DNA from: Acaryochloris marina MBIC11017
GTDB lineage: Bacteria; Cyanobacteriota; Cyanobacteriia; Thermosynechococcales; Thermosynechococcaceae
Length of the DNA: 32,000 nt
NCBI RefSeq assembly: GCF_000018105.1
Contig: NC_009925.1
Location: 3,990,001-4,022,000, forward strand
Direction of reading: 5' to 3'
Shown here in pieces: positions 1-9,225 of the stretch (positions are counted from its first letter, which is position 1; every line of letters starts with the position of its first letter). The notes under the pieces were generated by a model. It saw only the letters and a program-made list of their open reading frames with translations. It was not told the DNA's origin and ran no database searches. The position numbers and the translations under genes are program-made.

Positions 1-2
1 AT

Positions 3-518
3 CTAGTCGTCACCACCACTGGCAACTTTAATGTTTGTGATGCCAATATGTTGGTTTCCCTCAAACAAGGGGCAGTCGTTTGCAATATTGGTCATTTCGA
101 TAATGAAATTGATACGGCCTATATGCGCCAAACCTGGCGTTGGGAAGAGGTTAAGCCTCAGGTCCATCAGGTTTACCGGAGTGATGATCCACAAGACTTT
201 TTGATCCTTCTGTCAGAAGGGCGATTGGTGAACCTAGGAAATGCAACGGGTCACCCTTCACGGATTATGGATGGCTCTTTTGCGAACCAAGTCTTAGCGC
301 AAATGTTTTTGTTTGAGCGTAAGTTTGCTGACTTACCCGCAGATCAGAAGGCTGCGGCCATCACGGTGGACGTGCTACCTAAGCAGCTAGATGAAGAAGT
401 TGCCCGGTATATGGTAGAGGGCTTTGGGGGTGTGATTACCCAGCTCACTTCTGAACAAGCCCAGTATATCAACGTTCCTGTCCAGGGCCCCTTCAAAACA
501 GAGAGTTATAAGTACTAA
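3..518 (+). CDS. ahcY: Adenosylhomocysteinase, C-terminal part (5' end lies outside the window; reading frame starts at base 3)
   Basis: The frame is open from the window edge. The translation LVVTTTGN...GHFDNEID...[32 protein letters not shown]...ESYKY* matches the conserved C-terminal half of SAH hydrolase. A hairpin terminator follows. Confidence 0.9.
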   Translation, partial: LVVTTTGNFNVCDANMLVSLKQGAVVCNIGHFDNEIDTAYMRQTWRWEEVKPQVHQVYRSDDPQDFLILLSEGRLVNLGNATGHPSRIMDGSFANQVLAQMFLFERKFADLPADQKAAAITVDVLPKQLDEEVARYMVEGFGGVITQLTSEQAQYINVPVQGPFKTESYKY

Positions 519-540
519 GTCTTTACAGACGTGTGCTTTT

Positions 541-570
541 CCTCAACCCTTAATAGGGTTGAGGTCTTTT
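541..570 (+). terminator. Rho-independent terminator after ahcY
   Basis: CCTCAACCC (541-549), a 6-nt loop, then GGGTTGAGG (556-564) followed by TCTTTT. Confidence 0.65.
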
Positions 571-791
571 AGGGCTCTTGTGTATGTTGATAATGCAAAA
601 GGTTTATAAGGATGTGTGAATATCCCTATAAACCTTTTGTGTATTCAAGGCAGATTCATCAACAGCTTTTCCTTGGAACAAAGCGATACTGAACCCTCTC
701 GAAGAGAGTTAAGGTTCTAACTCAACAGAGCGGTCACTACTGGAGACTGGGCGTGTTAGGCAAAAGTTTGTGTGGTATTTCAGGAGTATAT

Positions 792-1490
792 ATGAAAAAT
801 TTTGCTAGCTTCATTGCCTCATATCAGCAATGTTTACGAGTTGTGTCTTTTTGCTTAGCAGTATTGGGGAGTGTCGCTATGGGGTCAGGGATCTTACGAG
901 CACAGTCTTTGCCTGAGACGCCATCTCCTATCTCTGAACAGCAAGGTCAGTCCAATGCAGACAGTTCGTCCGGCCCCGAGATCCAGGCGCCTCAACCCTC
1001 CTCACAACCTTCCGTCACTGAGACGGTTCGATTGGGAGATGATCGCTATGCCCAAGCGGACTATAAAGGGGCTATAGAGGCTTATAGTCAGGCATTGCAG
1101 GCCTATAAGCTGAATGCCTATGCACTTTACAATCGGGCCAATGCCTATCGGCAGTTAGAAGCATATGAGGCTGCGATCGCAGATTACACTACCGCCTTGA
1201 AAATTGCCCCTGATAACCTGTTTGCCTATCTATATCGAGGCATGGCGTTATACGAGAAAAAGCAGCCAGCAGAAGCCATTGCGGATTTCTCTAAAGTCAT
1301 TGAACTCAATCCTAAGCATGCTCTGGCCTTTCAGAAACGGGGTGAAAGCCATTTAGCGAACAACAATGCAACCGCAGCCATTCAAGATTTAGAGCAAGCC
1401 GCCAAGCTGTACGAGAAAGAAGAGAAATTTCGCAAAGTCAGTCAAGTACAGAAGAAACTCAAAAAAGCTAAATCTGCTCAAGGGAAGTAG
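792..1490 (+). CDS. Secreted or membrane-anchored TPR repeat protein
   Basis: The ORF track begins at GTG 753. ATG 792 is preceded by AGGAG (783-787) and is the more likely start. There is a hydrophobic N-terminal segment, a Ser/Pro/Gln-rich linker, then TPR-like units (AYALYNRANAYRQLEAYEAAIADYTTALKIAPDN, AFQKRGESH...). Confidence 0.75.
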   Translation: MKNFASFIASYQQCLRVVSFCLAVLGSVAMGSGILRAQSLPETPSPISEQQGQSNADSSSGPEIQAPQPSSQPSVTETVRLGDDRYAQADYKGAIEAYSQALQAYKLNAYALYNRANAYRQLEAYEAAIADYTTALKIAPDNLFAYLYRGMALYEKKQPAEAIADFSKVIELNPKHALAFQKRGESHLANNNATAAIQDLEQAAKLYEKEEKFRKVSQVQKKLKKAKSAQGK

Positions 1491-1890
1491 TAGGCGGATA
1501 AACCGTTTGAGTGGATAGATGTTTGGTGTACCACCATTGTTGTAATGGAGAGGGGAGTCGATAGGTGTAGAGTGTCGTGACTAAGGGGGCGGCGCCCTGA
1601 TACCCCACCAGTTCAACACAATAAGATGGGTAGCGTTTAGCCGATAAATCAGCAATCAAGCGTCGCCCAATGCGGCGCCAACTGGGTTCCTTGCCTCGCC
1701 ATTGTAATCGGCAGCAAGGCCACGGTAATTTATCTCGATCAAAGAGTCGACAGCAGGGACCGATCACACGATAGCTAAACTGATTGCCAGGACTTTGAAA
1801 AATATATCCTGTTGGCCACGGATGATTGATGGAGATACCAGTGATCTGGGCGGATGGTGGAGATGGAGGCATAGTCCCAGTGGTTGACAT
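1468..1890 (-). CDS. Hypothetical 140-aa Trp/Cys/Pro-rich protein (uncertain)
   Basis: The ATG lies 24 nt downstream of the sugar-kinase stop on the same strand. It is the only long ORF in an otherwise 424-bp gap. Composition is unusual, and the 3' end overlaps the convergent TPR gene by 23 nt. I recognise no secure family motif. Confidence 0.3.
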   Translation of the reverse strand: MSTTGTMPPSPPSAQITGISINHPWPTGYIFQSPGNQFSYRVIGPCCRLFDRDKLPWPCCRLQWRGKEPSWRRIGRRLIADLSAKRYPSYCVELVGYQGAAPLVTTLYTYRLPSPLQQWWYTKHLSTQTVYPPTTSLEQI

Positions 1891-1914
1891 GAAAGAGTCC
1901 CCGTGTGGATCGCG

Positions 1915-2880
1915 CTAGGGTTGAGCTTGCAGAAAAGTGGCAACCTCATCAGCAGTGGGCTGGGCTGCGATGGCCCCTGCCTTTGTGGTTGTCAGAGCAC
2001 CCACCGCATTGGCATAGGTCATCATAGCTTGAGCAGTTTGCACATCTGTAGGATGACCTTGAGTGATGAGCTGATGGATAAAGCCAGCCACAAATGCATC
2101 TCCTGCACCCGTGGTATCTTGCACTTCAACGGTGAAGCTCGGACAAGTTCCATCGATATCTTGGAAGGAGTAAGTACATCCCTTTGCTCCCGCCGTCATC
2201 ATAATGCCCTGAACGGTGGGTAACTGCTTCACCATCGCTTTTGGATCTGTGGTGTTCCATAACCATAACGCTTCTTCTTCAGCGAGTTTCAAATAGTTGG
2301 CATGGGGGAGGAGCTGCAAAATAATCTGGCGGGCTTCCTCTGGGTCGGCCCAAAAGACGGGTCGCCAATTGACATCAATTAAGATTTGTACCTGATGCTG
2401 TTGGGCTAGATGAATGGATTGACGGACAGCCGCTGCTGATTGAGGATAAGCCAGTTCTAAGGTGCCGAGGATTAAAAAGTCAGCGTTGGTAAACAGGTTC
2501 TCTGGTAGATGACCAGCCTGCAATTGGGTATCAGCAAATGCAGCGGTGTCATATTGACCAAACCCAGCGAACGTGCGATCTCCCTCTATTGTTCGGGTGA
2601 CATACACCTGGCGGGTGGGAGCTGGATCCGTTTGGATGCCTTGAGTATTAACGGTGGTTTGCTGTAACAGCTCAGTGAGTTGTCTGCCGGGTGCATCATC
2701 ACCGACACAGCCGATAAAGCCAGCAGAGATGCCTAATTTAACGAGTGCACAGGCTACATTGGCTGGCGCACCGCCGGGGTAAGGGGTCCAGGAGGTAACG
2801 GCTTCTAAGGTTCGACCGGGCTGATCCGCAAGACAGTCCAACAGAATTTCTCCCAGACATAACACTTGGGGATTAGACAT
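1915..2880 (-). CDS. PfkB-family carbohydrate kinase (fructokinase-like)
   Basis: N-terminal VLCLGEILLDCLAD, GGAPANVACALVKLG, and C-terminal DTTGAGDAFVAGF (the PfkB signature). Confidence 0.85.
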   Translation of the reverse strand: MSNPQVLCLGEILLDCLADQPGRTLEAVTSWTPYPGGAPANVACALVKLGISAGFIGCVGDDAPGRQLTELLQQTTVNTQGIQTDPAPTRQVYVTRTIEGDRTFAGFGQYDTAAFADTQLQAGHLPENLFTNADFLILGTLELAYPQSAAAVRQSIHLAQQHQVQILIDVNWRPVFWADPEEARQIILQLLPHANYLKLAEEEALWLWNTTDPKAMVKQLPTVQGIMMTAGAKGCTYSFQDIDGTCPSFTVEVQDTTGAGDAFVAGFIHQLITQGHPTDVQTAQAMMTYANAVGALTTTKAGAIAAQPTADEVATFLQAQP

Positions 2881-3011
2881 TCTGCAACTCCTCTCAGAAC
2901 GGTCTGAACCAACGATCTGGATAGTGAAGAAACCTACCCTGTTGTGATGACAACCGACAGCGATTTCAGAGACTAGCCAGGTCGATCCAAAAAGTGGGTG
3001 CTATCAGACTA

Positions 3012-3977
3012 TCAGAGATCTGAGGGACGAGCAGCGGCGAATATTTCCTCTAGAATTTCTTGGGCTCCTTGTTCCCGCACTTTTTGGGCGAGATCAATCC
3101 CGAGTTGGGTGGCACTAGCAATGGGCCCTGAAACGGTGTCTTTAATCAAGCGTTTGCCGTCTAAACTGGCCACCATACCTACGAGGGTTAACTGGCCTTC
3201 CTTAAGACTCGTATTTACGCCAATAGGAACTTGACAGCCACCTTCCAATTCATGCAGAAAGGAGCGTTCAGCTGTACAGCGATGGGCTGAGGGTTCATGC
3301 TCTAAGGCCTTGATAAAGGCCATAATTTCTTCATCTCCTTCGCGGCATTCAATGCCTAATGCACCCTGGCCGACGGCATGTAACGAAATGTTTGCAGGGA
3401 TCACCTGATGGATTCGATCACCAAAGCCGAGTCGTTGCAATCCAGCAACAGCCAGAATGATGCCATCATATTCACCCTCATCTAGCTTCTGAAGGCGGGT
3501 ATTTAAGTTGCCGCGAATATCTTTGAATTCTAAATGGGGATAGTTATAACGGAGTTGAGCGAGCCGCCGGAGGGATGACGTACCAATGACCGCTCCTTCC
3601 GGGAGGGTATCTAGCTGATACGCTTTAAAATTTTCATGGACGACTAGGGCATCCGCAGGATCAACCCGCTCTGTCACAACGCCTAGGCACAGACCTTCCG
3701 GTAGGTTCGTCGGTAGATCTTTGAGGGAATGCACTGCCAAATCCGTCTCTTTACGGAGCATTGATACCTCTAGCTCCTTCGTAAATAATCCCTTGTCTCC
3801 AATCTTGGCCAGAGCAACATCGAGGATATTGTCCCCTTGTGTGGACATGGTGCAAACTTCAAATTCGTACTCTGGAAAATGTTTTTGTAATTCTCCTTGG
3901 ACCCAGTGCGTCTGCACTAGGGCTAGTTGACTTTTACGGGAACCAATCCGAATCACGCGAGGGCTGGAGGCAGACAT
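3012..3977 (-). CDS. hemC: Hydroxymethylbilane synthase (porphobilinogen deaminase)
   Basis: [18 protein letters not shown]..., [57 protein letters not shown]. Confidence 0.93.
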   Translation of the reverse strand: MSASSPRVIRIGSRKSQLALVQTHWVQGELQKHFPEYEFEVCTMSTQGDNILDVALAKIGDKGLFTKELEVSMLRKETDLAVHSLKDLPTNLPEGLCLGVVTERVDPADALVVHENFKAYQLDTLPEGAVIGTSSLRRLAQLRYNYPHLEFKDIRGNLNTRLQKLDEGEYDGIILAVAGLQRLGFGDRIHQVIPANISLHAVGQGALGIECREGDEEIMAFIKALEHEPSAHRCTAERSFLHELEGGCQVPIGVNTSLKEGQLTLVGMVASLDGKRLIKDTVSGPIASATQLGIDLAQKVREQGAQEILEEIFAAARPSDL

Positions 3978-4117
3978 AGAATCAAGTCGCTGTTAATTGC
4001 AGCGGTAAAGATGAACGTACCTCAACAGCTTACAGAATTGCGGGAGCACTCGAAAGAGGACTGCCTGCTTTGATAGCGAAACAGGAGCCATTTTTTCTAG
4101 GCTGAGGTCAGGAGCCG

Positions 4118-5902
4118 CTAGGATTGATTCTTTTGGCGTTCAACTCGCTTTTTGAGTTCTGTAATCAGGGGTTGGACTCGCTCATAATCTTGAGTAGATC
4201 CCTGGCCTTGATAGATTTTGGCGGCTTGCTGATAGTCAGATAAGGCTTCTTCGTATTGTCGGAGCGCTGAATGGATCAGAGCCCGATTATTATAGGCGGT
4301 TGCATTCTCAGGATTTGCCTCGATGGCTTGAGAATAGTCCTTTAAGGCAGCGTCTCGATCGCCTTGAGCAGCATGGAGATTGCCTCGGTTGGTATAGGCA
4401 GCGGCAAATTTTGGATCGAGTTTCAGCACTTGTGAGTAATCTGCGATCGCAGCTTCGTTCTGGCCAGCCGTGCTGTGGGCAATGCCTCGGTTGTAGTAAG
4501 CCAAGGTATCTTCTGCATTGAACGTAATCGCCTGGGTGAAATCTGCAATGGCAGCTTCAGTATTACCGGCTTTCAAATGGGCGGTGCCGCGATTCTTATA
4601 GGCGGCGGCATATTTGGTGTCCATTTGAATGGATGCCGTAAAATCTGCGATGGCGTCTTGGGAGTTCCCCTGATTGAGCTGGACCAGGCCTCGGTTATAC
4701 AAGGCGGCGGCATATTTTGGATCCAGTTGAAGAGCCTTCGAATAATCCGCCAGGGCTGTGGCATTATCTCCCACCTTGCTATAGGCGACGCCACGATTAA
4801 AGTAAGCTAAAGCAGACTTGGGCTGGAATTTAATCACCTGTCCATAGTCTTGAATGGCGGCAAGATGATTGCCGCTGGCCGCGTGAGCGCGCCCTCGATT
4901 GAGGTACGCTTCCGGATTCTTGGCATCTCGCTGCAAGACCTGATTAAAGTCTTGGAGGGCTGCTGGGTAGTTCTTGGCCGCAGCAAACGCTAAGCCCCGA
5001 TTTAAATAGATTTTGGTTAACTCAATATTTTTAGGGTTGAGTTGAATGACCTTGGTGTAATCTGCGATCGCAGATTTGCTATTGCCTAAGACCGTATGGG
5101 CGTAGCCACGATTGACATAGGCTAGGGCATAGTTACCATTGATTTGAATGGCTTTGTCGTAGTCTTGAATGGCGCCTTTGAAATTCCCTTTGCCATACTT
5201 TTCAACGCCTTGGCGTAAATGGGCCAGGGCCTGCTGACCGCCTTTACCCGATTTGGCTGCTGCCTTGGGCTTGGCCGGCTGAGTTTTTTTGACTGCTTTC
5301 GGTGCGGCCTTTTGGGTCGGCTGGGCAACAGGCTTGGTTTTTGTGGGTGGTTTAGCCGTCGGCGCTTTGGGGGTTGTAGGTGATTTAGCGGTTGGTGCTT
5401 TGGGGGTTGTGGGTGGTTTAGCCGTCGGCGCTTTGGGTTTTGCGGGTTGTGCTGCTGGTTTGGCCGGAGCAGCCTGACCCGCTGAAGGTTTGGTTTGAGC
5501 AGGCTTAGCTTCAGCTGGCTTGGTTTCAGTGACTTTGGTTTGAGCAGGCTTAGCTTCAGCTGGCTGATTTTGAGCAGGCTTGACCTCAGCTTTTTCTGCT
5601 GAAGTTGAAGAGGGTTGAGATGGCCCAGTGACTTTGCGGGGGTCTGGCGTGCGGATCGGTCCAGGAGCCTTCTCGATAAATTCGTTGGGCAATGGGGTAA
5701 GTGAAGACGGCTGTGTTGGCGTCTTAGCAGAGGAGGGCTGAGGTTGGGTGGGCGCTGATGATGGCGTCGAAGTAGATGAGGTTTGGGCTCGGACTCGATC
5801 AGGCATCACTCCGTTTACTGTTGCCAATCCCCAGAGCAGTAGAGTTGAGCTTAAAAGCTTTTTCTTGAGAAGGGTTGAAGTAAAGATAGAATGACTTGCC
5901 AT
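4118..5902 (-). CDS. Large TPR repeat protein with signal peptide and a Pro/Ala/Lys/Thr-rich low-complexity linker
   Basis: N-terminal hydrophobic segment, about 180 aa of P/A/K/T/Q low complexity, then about 10 consecutive 34-aa TPR units (xAxAYxNRGxAHxxxGNxxxAIxDYxxxIxxxPK). Confidence 0.85.
   Translation of the reverse strand: MASHSIFTSTLLKKKLLSSTLLLWGLATVNGVMPDRVRAQTSSTSTPSSAPTQPQPSSAKTPTQPSSLTPLPNEFIEKAPGPIRTPDPRKVTGPSQPSSTSAEKAEVKPAQNQPAEAKPAQTKVTETKPAEAKPAQTKPSAGQAAPAKPAAQPAKPKAPTAKPPTTPKAPTAKSPTTPKAPTAKPPTKTKPVAQPTQKAAPKAVKKTQPAKPKAAAKSGKGGQQALAHLRQGVEKYGKGNFKGAIQDYDKAIQINGNYALAYVNRGYAHTVLGNSKSAIADYTKVIQLNPKNIELTKIYLNRGLAFAAAKNYPAALQDFNQVLQRDAKNPEAYLNRGRAHAASGNHLAAIQDYGQVIKFQPKSALAYFNRGVAYSKVGDNATALADYSKALQLDPKYAAALYNRGLVQLNQGNSQDAIADFTASIQMDTKYAAAYKNRGTAHLKAGNTEAAIADFTQAITFNAEDTLAYYNRGIAHSTAGQNEAAIADYSQVLKLDPKFAAAYTNRGNLHAAQGDRDAALKDYSQAIEANPENATAYNNRALIHSALRQYEEALSDYQQAAKIYQGQGSTQDYERVQPLITELKKRVERQKNQS
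5336..5434 (-). repeat. Three tandem 33-bp coding repeats (PKAPTAK[P/S]PTT x3) inside the TPR gene
   Basis: Protein residues 157-189 read PKAPTAKPPTT PKAPTAKSPTT PKAPTAKPPTK. The DNA shows the matching near-identical units ggtttagccgtcggcgctttggg. Confidence 0.7.
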
Positions 5903-6107
5903 CGCTCTAAAAATAAACTAGCCAACGAATATTCTGGACTTACTATAGCGAGATCTGGGTGAAACAGTATGAGGAAGTCGCTTTTTCGTCTGAAATGAGG
6001 TCCATGAGACTCTAGACGATTCAAAAAGATTAATTGAAACAATTTATTAAGTATAGAATGCAACCCCTAAGAGCAACCATTTTTGGGGATGGGTTTCGTA
6101 TGCTGAT

Positions 6108-7091
6108 ATGGTTCAGAATAGAGCACCACATCACCACAGGGATTGGCATGAAATGCGCATATTAATGATGGGCGGAACCCGATTTATCGGTATTTACCTC
6201 AGCCGGATTTTGGTCGATCAGGGGCATGACGTGGTGTTGTTCAATCGGGGAAACCATGCCCCTGCCGTGGCAGGCTTGACTCAAATTCAGGGCGATCGTA
6301 CGGATGCGGCGCAGCTCAAAGCGAAGCTGGCCCATGAGAAATTTGATGCCATTTTTGATAACAATGGTCGAAAATTATCCGATACTCAACCCTTGGCCAC
6401 TCTCTTTAAAGATCAGGTCCAACACTTTGTGTATATGAGTTCGGCGGGAGTCTATCTCAAATCGAATCAAATGCCCCATCGGGAAGACGATCCGACGGAT
6501 CCAAACAGTCGCCATCTCGGTAAAGCAGAATCAGAAGCCGATTTAGCGGCTCAGGGCTTGCCGTTTACGTCGATTCGCCCGACTTATATCTATGGCCCCA
6601 AAAACTATAACGATGTAGAAGCTTGGTTCTTTGACCGGATAGTTCGTCAGCGTCCGATTCCGATTCCGGGGAATGGTCAGCATATGACCCAACTCGGACA
6701 TGTCCAAGATTTAGCTCAAGCGATGGCCTCTGTCCTCGGTAATCCTCAAGCAATCGGCCAGATTTATAATATCAGTGGCGATCGCTATGTCACCTTCGAT
6801 GGTATTGCCAAAGCCTGTGCCTTAGCTGCTGGCCAGTCTTCTGATGCCTTAAGGTTGGTGCATTATGACCCTGCTCAGTTTGACTTTGGCAAGCGGAAAG
6901 CCTTTCCTATGCGGTTGCAGCACTTCTTTGCTGATATTCATAAGGCTTGCACCGATCTTGACTGGCATCCTCAATATGATCTGGTGAGCGGCCTGAAAGA
7001 TTCGTTTCAAAATGACTATCTGGCTGGCCAACGCGATCAAGCAGACATTGATTTCTCCCTGGATGATCAAATTTTGGCAGCAGCGGCCTAG
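6108..7091 (+). CDS. NAD-dependent epimerase/dehydratase family protein (CSP41-like)
   Basis: Rossmann motif MMGGTRFIG near the N-terminus, so the start may be ATG 6153 rather than 6108. The length and YxxxK-type SDR-extended architecture resemble the cyanobacterial CSP41-like proteins often annotated as mRNA-binding. Confidence 0.8.
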   Translation: MVQNRAPHHHRDWHEMRILMMGGTRFIGIYLSRILVDQGHDVVLFNRGNHAPAVAGLTQIQGDRTDAAQLKAKLAHEKFDAIFDNNGRKLSDTQPLATLFKDQVQHFVYMSSAGVYLKSNQMPHREDDPTDPNSRHLGKAESEADLAAQGLPFTSIRPTYIYGPKNYNDVEAWFFDRIVRQRPIPIPGNGQHMTQLGHVQDLAQAMASVLGNPQAIGQIYNISGDRYVTFDGIAKACALAAGQSSDALRLVHYDPAQFDFGKRKAFPMRLQHFFADIHKACTDLDWHPQYDLVSGLKDSFQNDYLAGQRDQADIDFSLDDQILAAAA

Positions 7092-7148
7092 GGCCACCCA
7101 GAGATTTCACACCTAAAAATGGGGGTGGCCAAATTTTAGGTGTGAAAT
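7092..7148. terminator. Interleaved hairpins between convergent genes (probable bidirectional terminator)
   Basis: GGCCACCC (7092-7099) pairs with GGGTGGCC (7123-7130). ATTTCACACCTAAAA (7104-7118) pairs with TTTTAGGTGTGAAAT (7134-7148). Confidence 0.5.
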
Positions 7149-7172
7149 CAGGTGTGAAAGGGTTGTAGCCCT

Positions 7173-8255
7173 CTAGTCTCCTAGGTAAATCCCTAAACCT
7201 CTGGCGGTTTTGACCAGCGTTCCGGTGGGGTCGACGGCTCTGTAATGTGCGATCGCATCAGCAATCGGAACACTCATCACCTGGCGATTTTGCCAAGTCA
7301 CCATTTGATCAAACTGACGTTCAGCAATCAAATCGACGGCCGCAACGCCAAACGCTGCCCCAATTAGTCGATCGGAAGGGGACGGTATGCCGCCGCGCTG
7401 AACATGCCCTAAAACTGTCACCCGGGTTTCGGCCACATGACGACTGCAAATTTGCTCAGATAAATATTGGCCGATTCCCCCCAGACGGCATTCGCCTAAT
7501 CCATCTGTATGGGTTAAGGGATCACCGCCCTCAGTCCGCACCGCCTCAGCCACGATTATCAGAGAATAGTTTTTGCCCTTACTCTGGCGTTCTTTGATTA
7601 TGGCGCAGACATTATCAATGGTGTAGGGAATTTCAGGAATCAAGATGATATCTGCCCCTCCGGCAATACCTGCACTGATCGCAATATGACCCGCATCCCG
7701 ACCCATCACCTCCAGGATAATGACACGGCTATGGCTGGCTGCAGTAAATTGCAAGCGGTCTAGGGCTTCTGTGGCAATATTGACCGCCGTATCAAATCCG
7801 ACCGATCGTTCCGTTACTCCCACATCATTGTCGATGGTTTTGGGAATGCCCACCAAGTTCCAATTACCCTGTTGGGCTAGCTTACGGAGAATGGCGATGC
7901 TACCATCGCCGCCAATCCCGATCAGAGCGTCTAAGCCCAGCTTGCGATAGCCGTCAATCATATCTTCTGAGCGATCGATCAGCGTGCCATCTGGCATCGG
8001 AAAGGCAAAGGGATTCCCCTTGTTGGTTGTTCCTAACATCGTCCCTCCTGCGGTGAGTAAAGGACTCATCTGTTGAGGTTGCAGCGCCATGGCTGCAGGC
8101 GGATCTTTCAATAAACCATGGGTGGCTTGTTGAATCCCGATCACTTCCCAACCATAATGTTCAACTGCTCGAAGCACGACTGCGCGAATCGTGGGGTTAA
8201 GCCCTGCACAATCACCGCCGCTCGTCAGAATACCGATCCGTTTTGTATCACCCAT
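7173..8255 (-). CDS. pfkA: ATP-dependent 6-phosphofructokinase
   Basis: IGILTSGGDCAGLNPTIRAVV, GIGGDGS, GIPKTIDNDV, VMGRDAGHIA. Confidence 0.9.
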   Translation of the reverse strand: MGDTKRIGILTSGGDCAGLNPTIRAVVLRAVEHYGWEVIGIQQATHGLLKDPPAAMALQPQQMSPLLTAGGTMLGTTNKGNPFAFPMPDGTLIDRSEDMIDGYRKLGLDALIGIGGDGSIAILRKLAQQGNWNLVGIPKTIDNDVGVTERSVGFDTAVNIATEALDRLQFTAASHSRVIILEVMGRDAGHIAISAGIAGGADIILIPEIPYTIDNVCAIIKERQSKGKNYSLIIVAEAVRTEGGDPLTHTDGLGECRLGGIGQYLSEQICSRHVAETRVTVLGHVQRGGIPSPSDRLIGAAFGVAAVDLIAERQFDQMVTWQNRQVMSVPIADAIAHYRAVDPTGTLVKTARGLGIYLGD

Positions 8256-8463
8256 ATTTACTCACTATGACCCAGAGGATTGGCATTAAAAGATAGATGT
8301 AACCTAAACCATAGATGGCAGGATCATAGGGAAATCCAGGTTGAATTTATCTTTGTCAGGGAAAGTTCAAGTCCATGCTGTTTATGCGGCGAGAGGGACA
8401 TGGCGCTGGGTCCGATTTTGACCAAAATTTGTCGAGTTATCCGACTTGTCTGTATACTCAAGT

Positions 8464-8477
8464 AGTACAGGTGTTTT
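8464..8477 (+). promoter_or_regulatory. Candidate cyanobacterial LexA box upstream of lexA
   Basis: AGTACAGGTGTTTT matches the published cyanobacterial consensus RGTAC-NNN-DGTWCB except for one base (GTTT instead of GTWC). It lies about 65-90 nt upstream of the possible lexA starts. Confidence 0.4.
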
Positions 8478-8543
8478 ATTGTTTGCTCTTTACCCTATTA
8501 GGTCGAAGGCAATAAAAACCTGTGAGATAACAATAGTGACTCA

Positions 8544-9188
8544 ATGTGCGCAGGGGCTGGATCAATCGTGGAACCTTTATCAAAAGCTCAACAAGAATTA
8601 TTTGATTGGTTGGTTCAATTCATTGAACAACATCAACATGCGCCTTCTATTCGGCAGATGATGCAGGCCATGAAACTCAAATCTCCTGCCCCGGTTCAGA
8701 GTCGTTTGGATCATTTGCGCAAGAAAGGCTATGTCGATTGGGAAATTGGCCAAGCCCGGACGTTGCGGATTGTGCACCCAGAGCACTTACAGTCGGACAT
8801 GGATCAGATTCCGATCTTAGGTGCGATCGCAGCAGGGGGATTAATTGAGCCCTTTGTTGAAGTAGTGGATTCTTTAGAATTCAGCCCTAAACAATTGCCC
8901 CCTAAATCCTATGCCCTTAGGGTGAATGGAGACAGCATGATCGATGCGCATATTACAGATGGAGACATCGTCATTATGCGGCCCGTTCAAGAACCGAAAA
9001 CTATTAAAAATGGAACAATTGTTGCCGCGAGAGTCGAAGGAGAAGGAACGACCCTAAAGCGGTTTCACTTAGAAAGGAATGAAGTCACCCTTGAGGCCGC
9101 TAATCTGAAATATCAGCCGATCAAAGTGTTAGCAACACAGGTAGAAATCCAAGGCTCTTTAATTGGAGTATGGCGAAAATATTTTTAA
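8544..9188 (+). CDS. lexA: LexA repressor (S24 peptidase), apparently able to self-cleave
   Basis: N-terminal winged HTH (LSKAQQELFDWLVQFIEQHQHAPSIRQMMQAMKLKSPAPVQSRLDHLRKKGYV), Ala-Gly site (IAAGGL), catalytic Ser (NGDSM) and Lys (TLKRF). The start may be GTG 8568. Confidence 0.9.
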   Translation: MCAGAGSIVEPLSKAQQELFDWLVQFIEQHQHAPSIRQMMQAMKLKSPAPVQSRLDHLRKKGYVDWEIGQARTLRIVHPEHLQSDMDQIPILGAIAAGGLIEPFVEVVDSLEFSPKQLPPKSYALRVNGDSMIDAHITDGDIVIMRPVQEPKTIKNGTIVAARVEGEGTTLKRFHLERNEVTLEAANLKYQPIKVLATQVEIQGSLIGVWRKYF

Positions 9189-9225
9189 AGGAATGTTACG
9201 TATAGGTGCCCTTTAAGCTCAAGTG

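Noticed and set aside
4300-5477. Several + strand ORFs of 62-111 aa (4300-4521, 4475-4810, 5289-5477), plus minus-strand alternative-frame ORFs
   Set aside because: All lie inside the well-supported 594-aa TPR gene. Their low-complexity Gly/Ala/Val translations are antisense or frame-shift artefacts of the repetitive coding sequence.
8451-8471. E. coli-type SOS box (CTGT-N8-ACAG) upstream of lexA
   Set aside because: CTGT...ACAG is present, but the spacing is 13 nt rather than 8. The cyanobacterial RGTAC-N3-DGTWCB-type match at 8464-8477 is the better reading.
8544-9188. Possibility that this LexA is a non-cleavable, Synechocystis-like regulator
   Set aside because: The Ala-Gly site (IAAGGL), the Ser (GDSM) and the Lys (LKRF) are all present in the translation.
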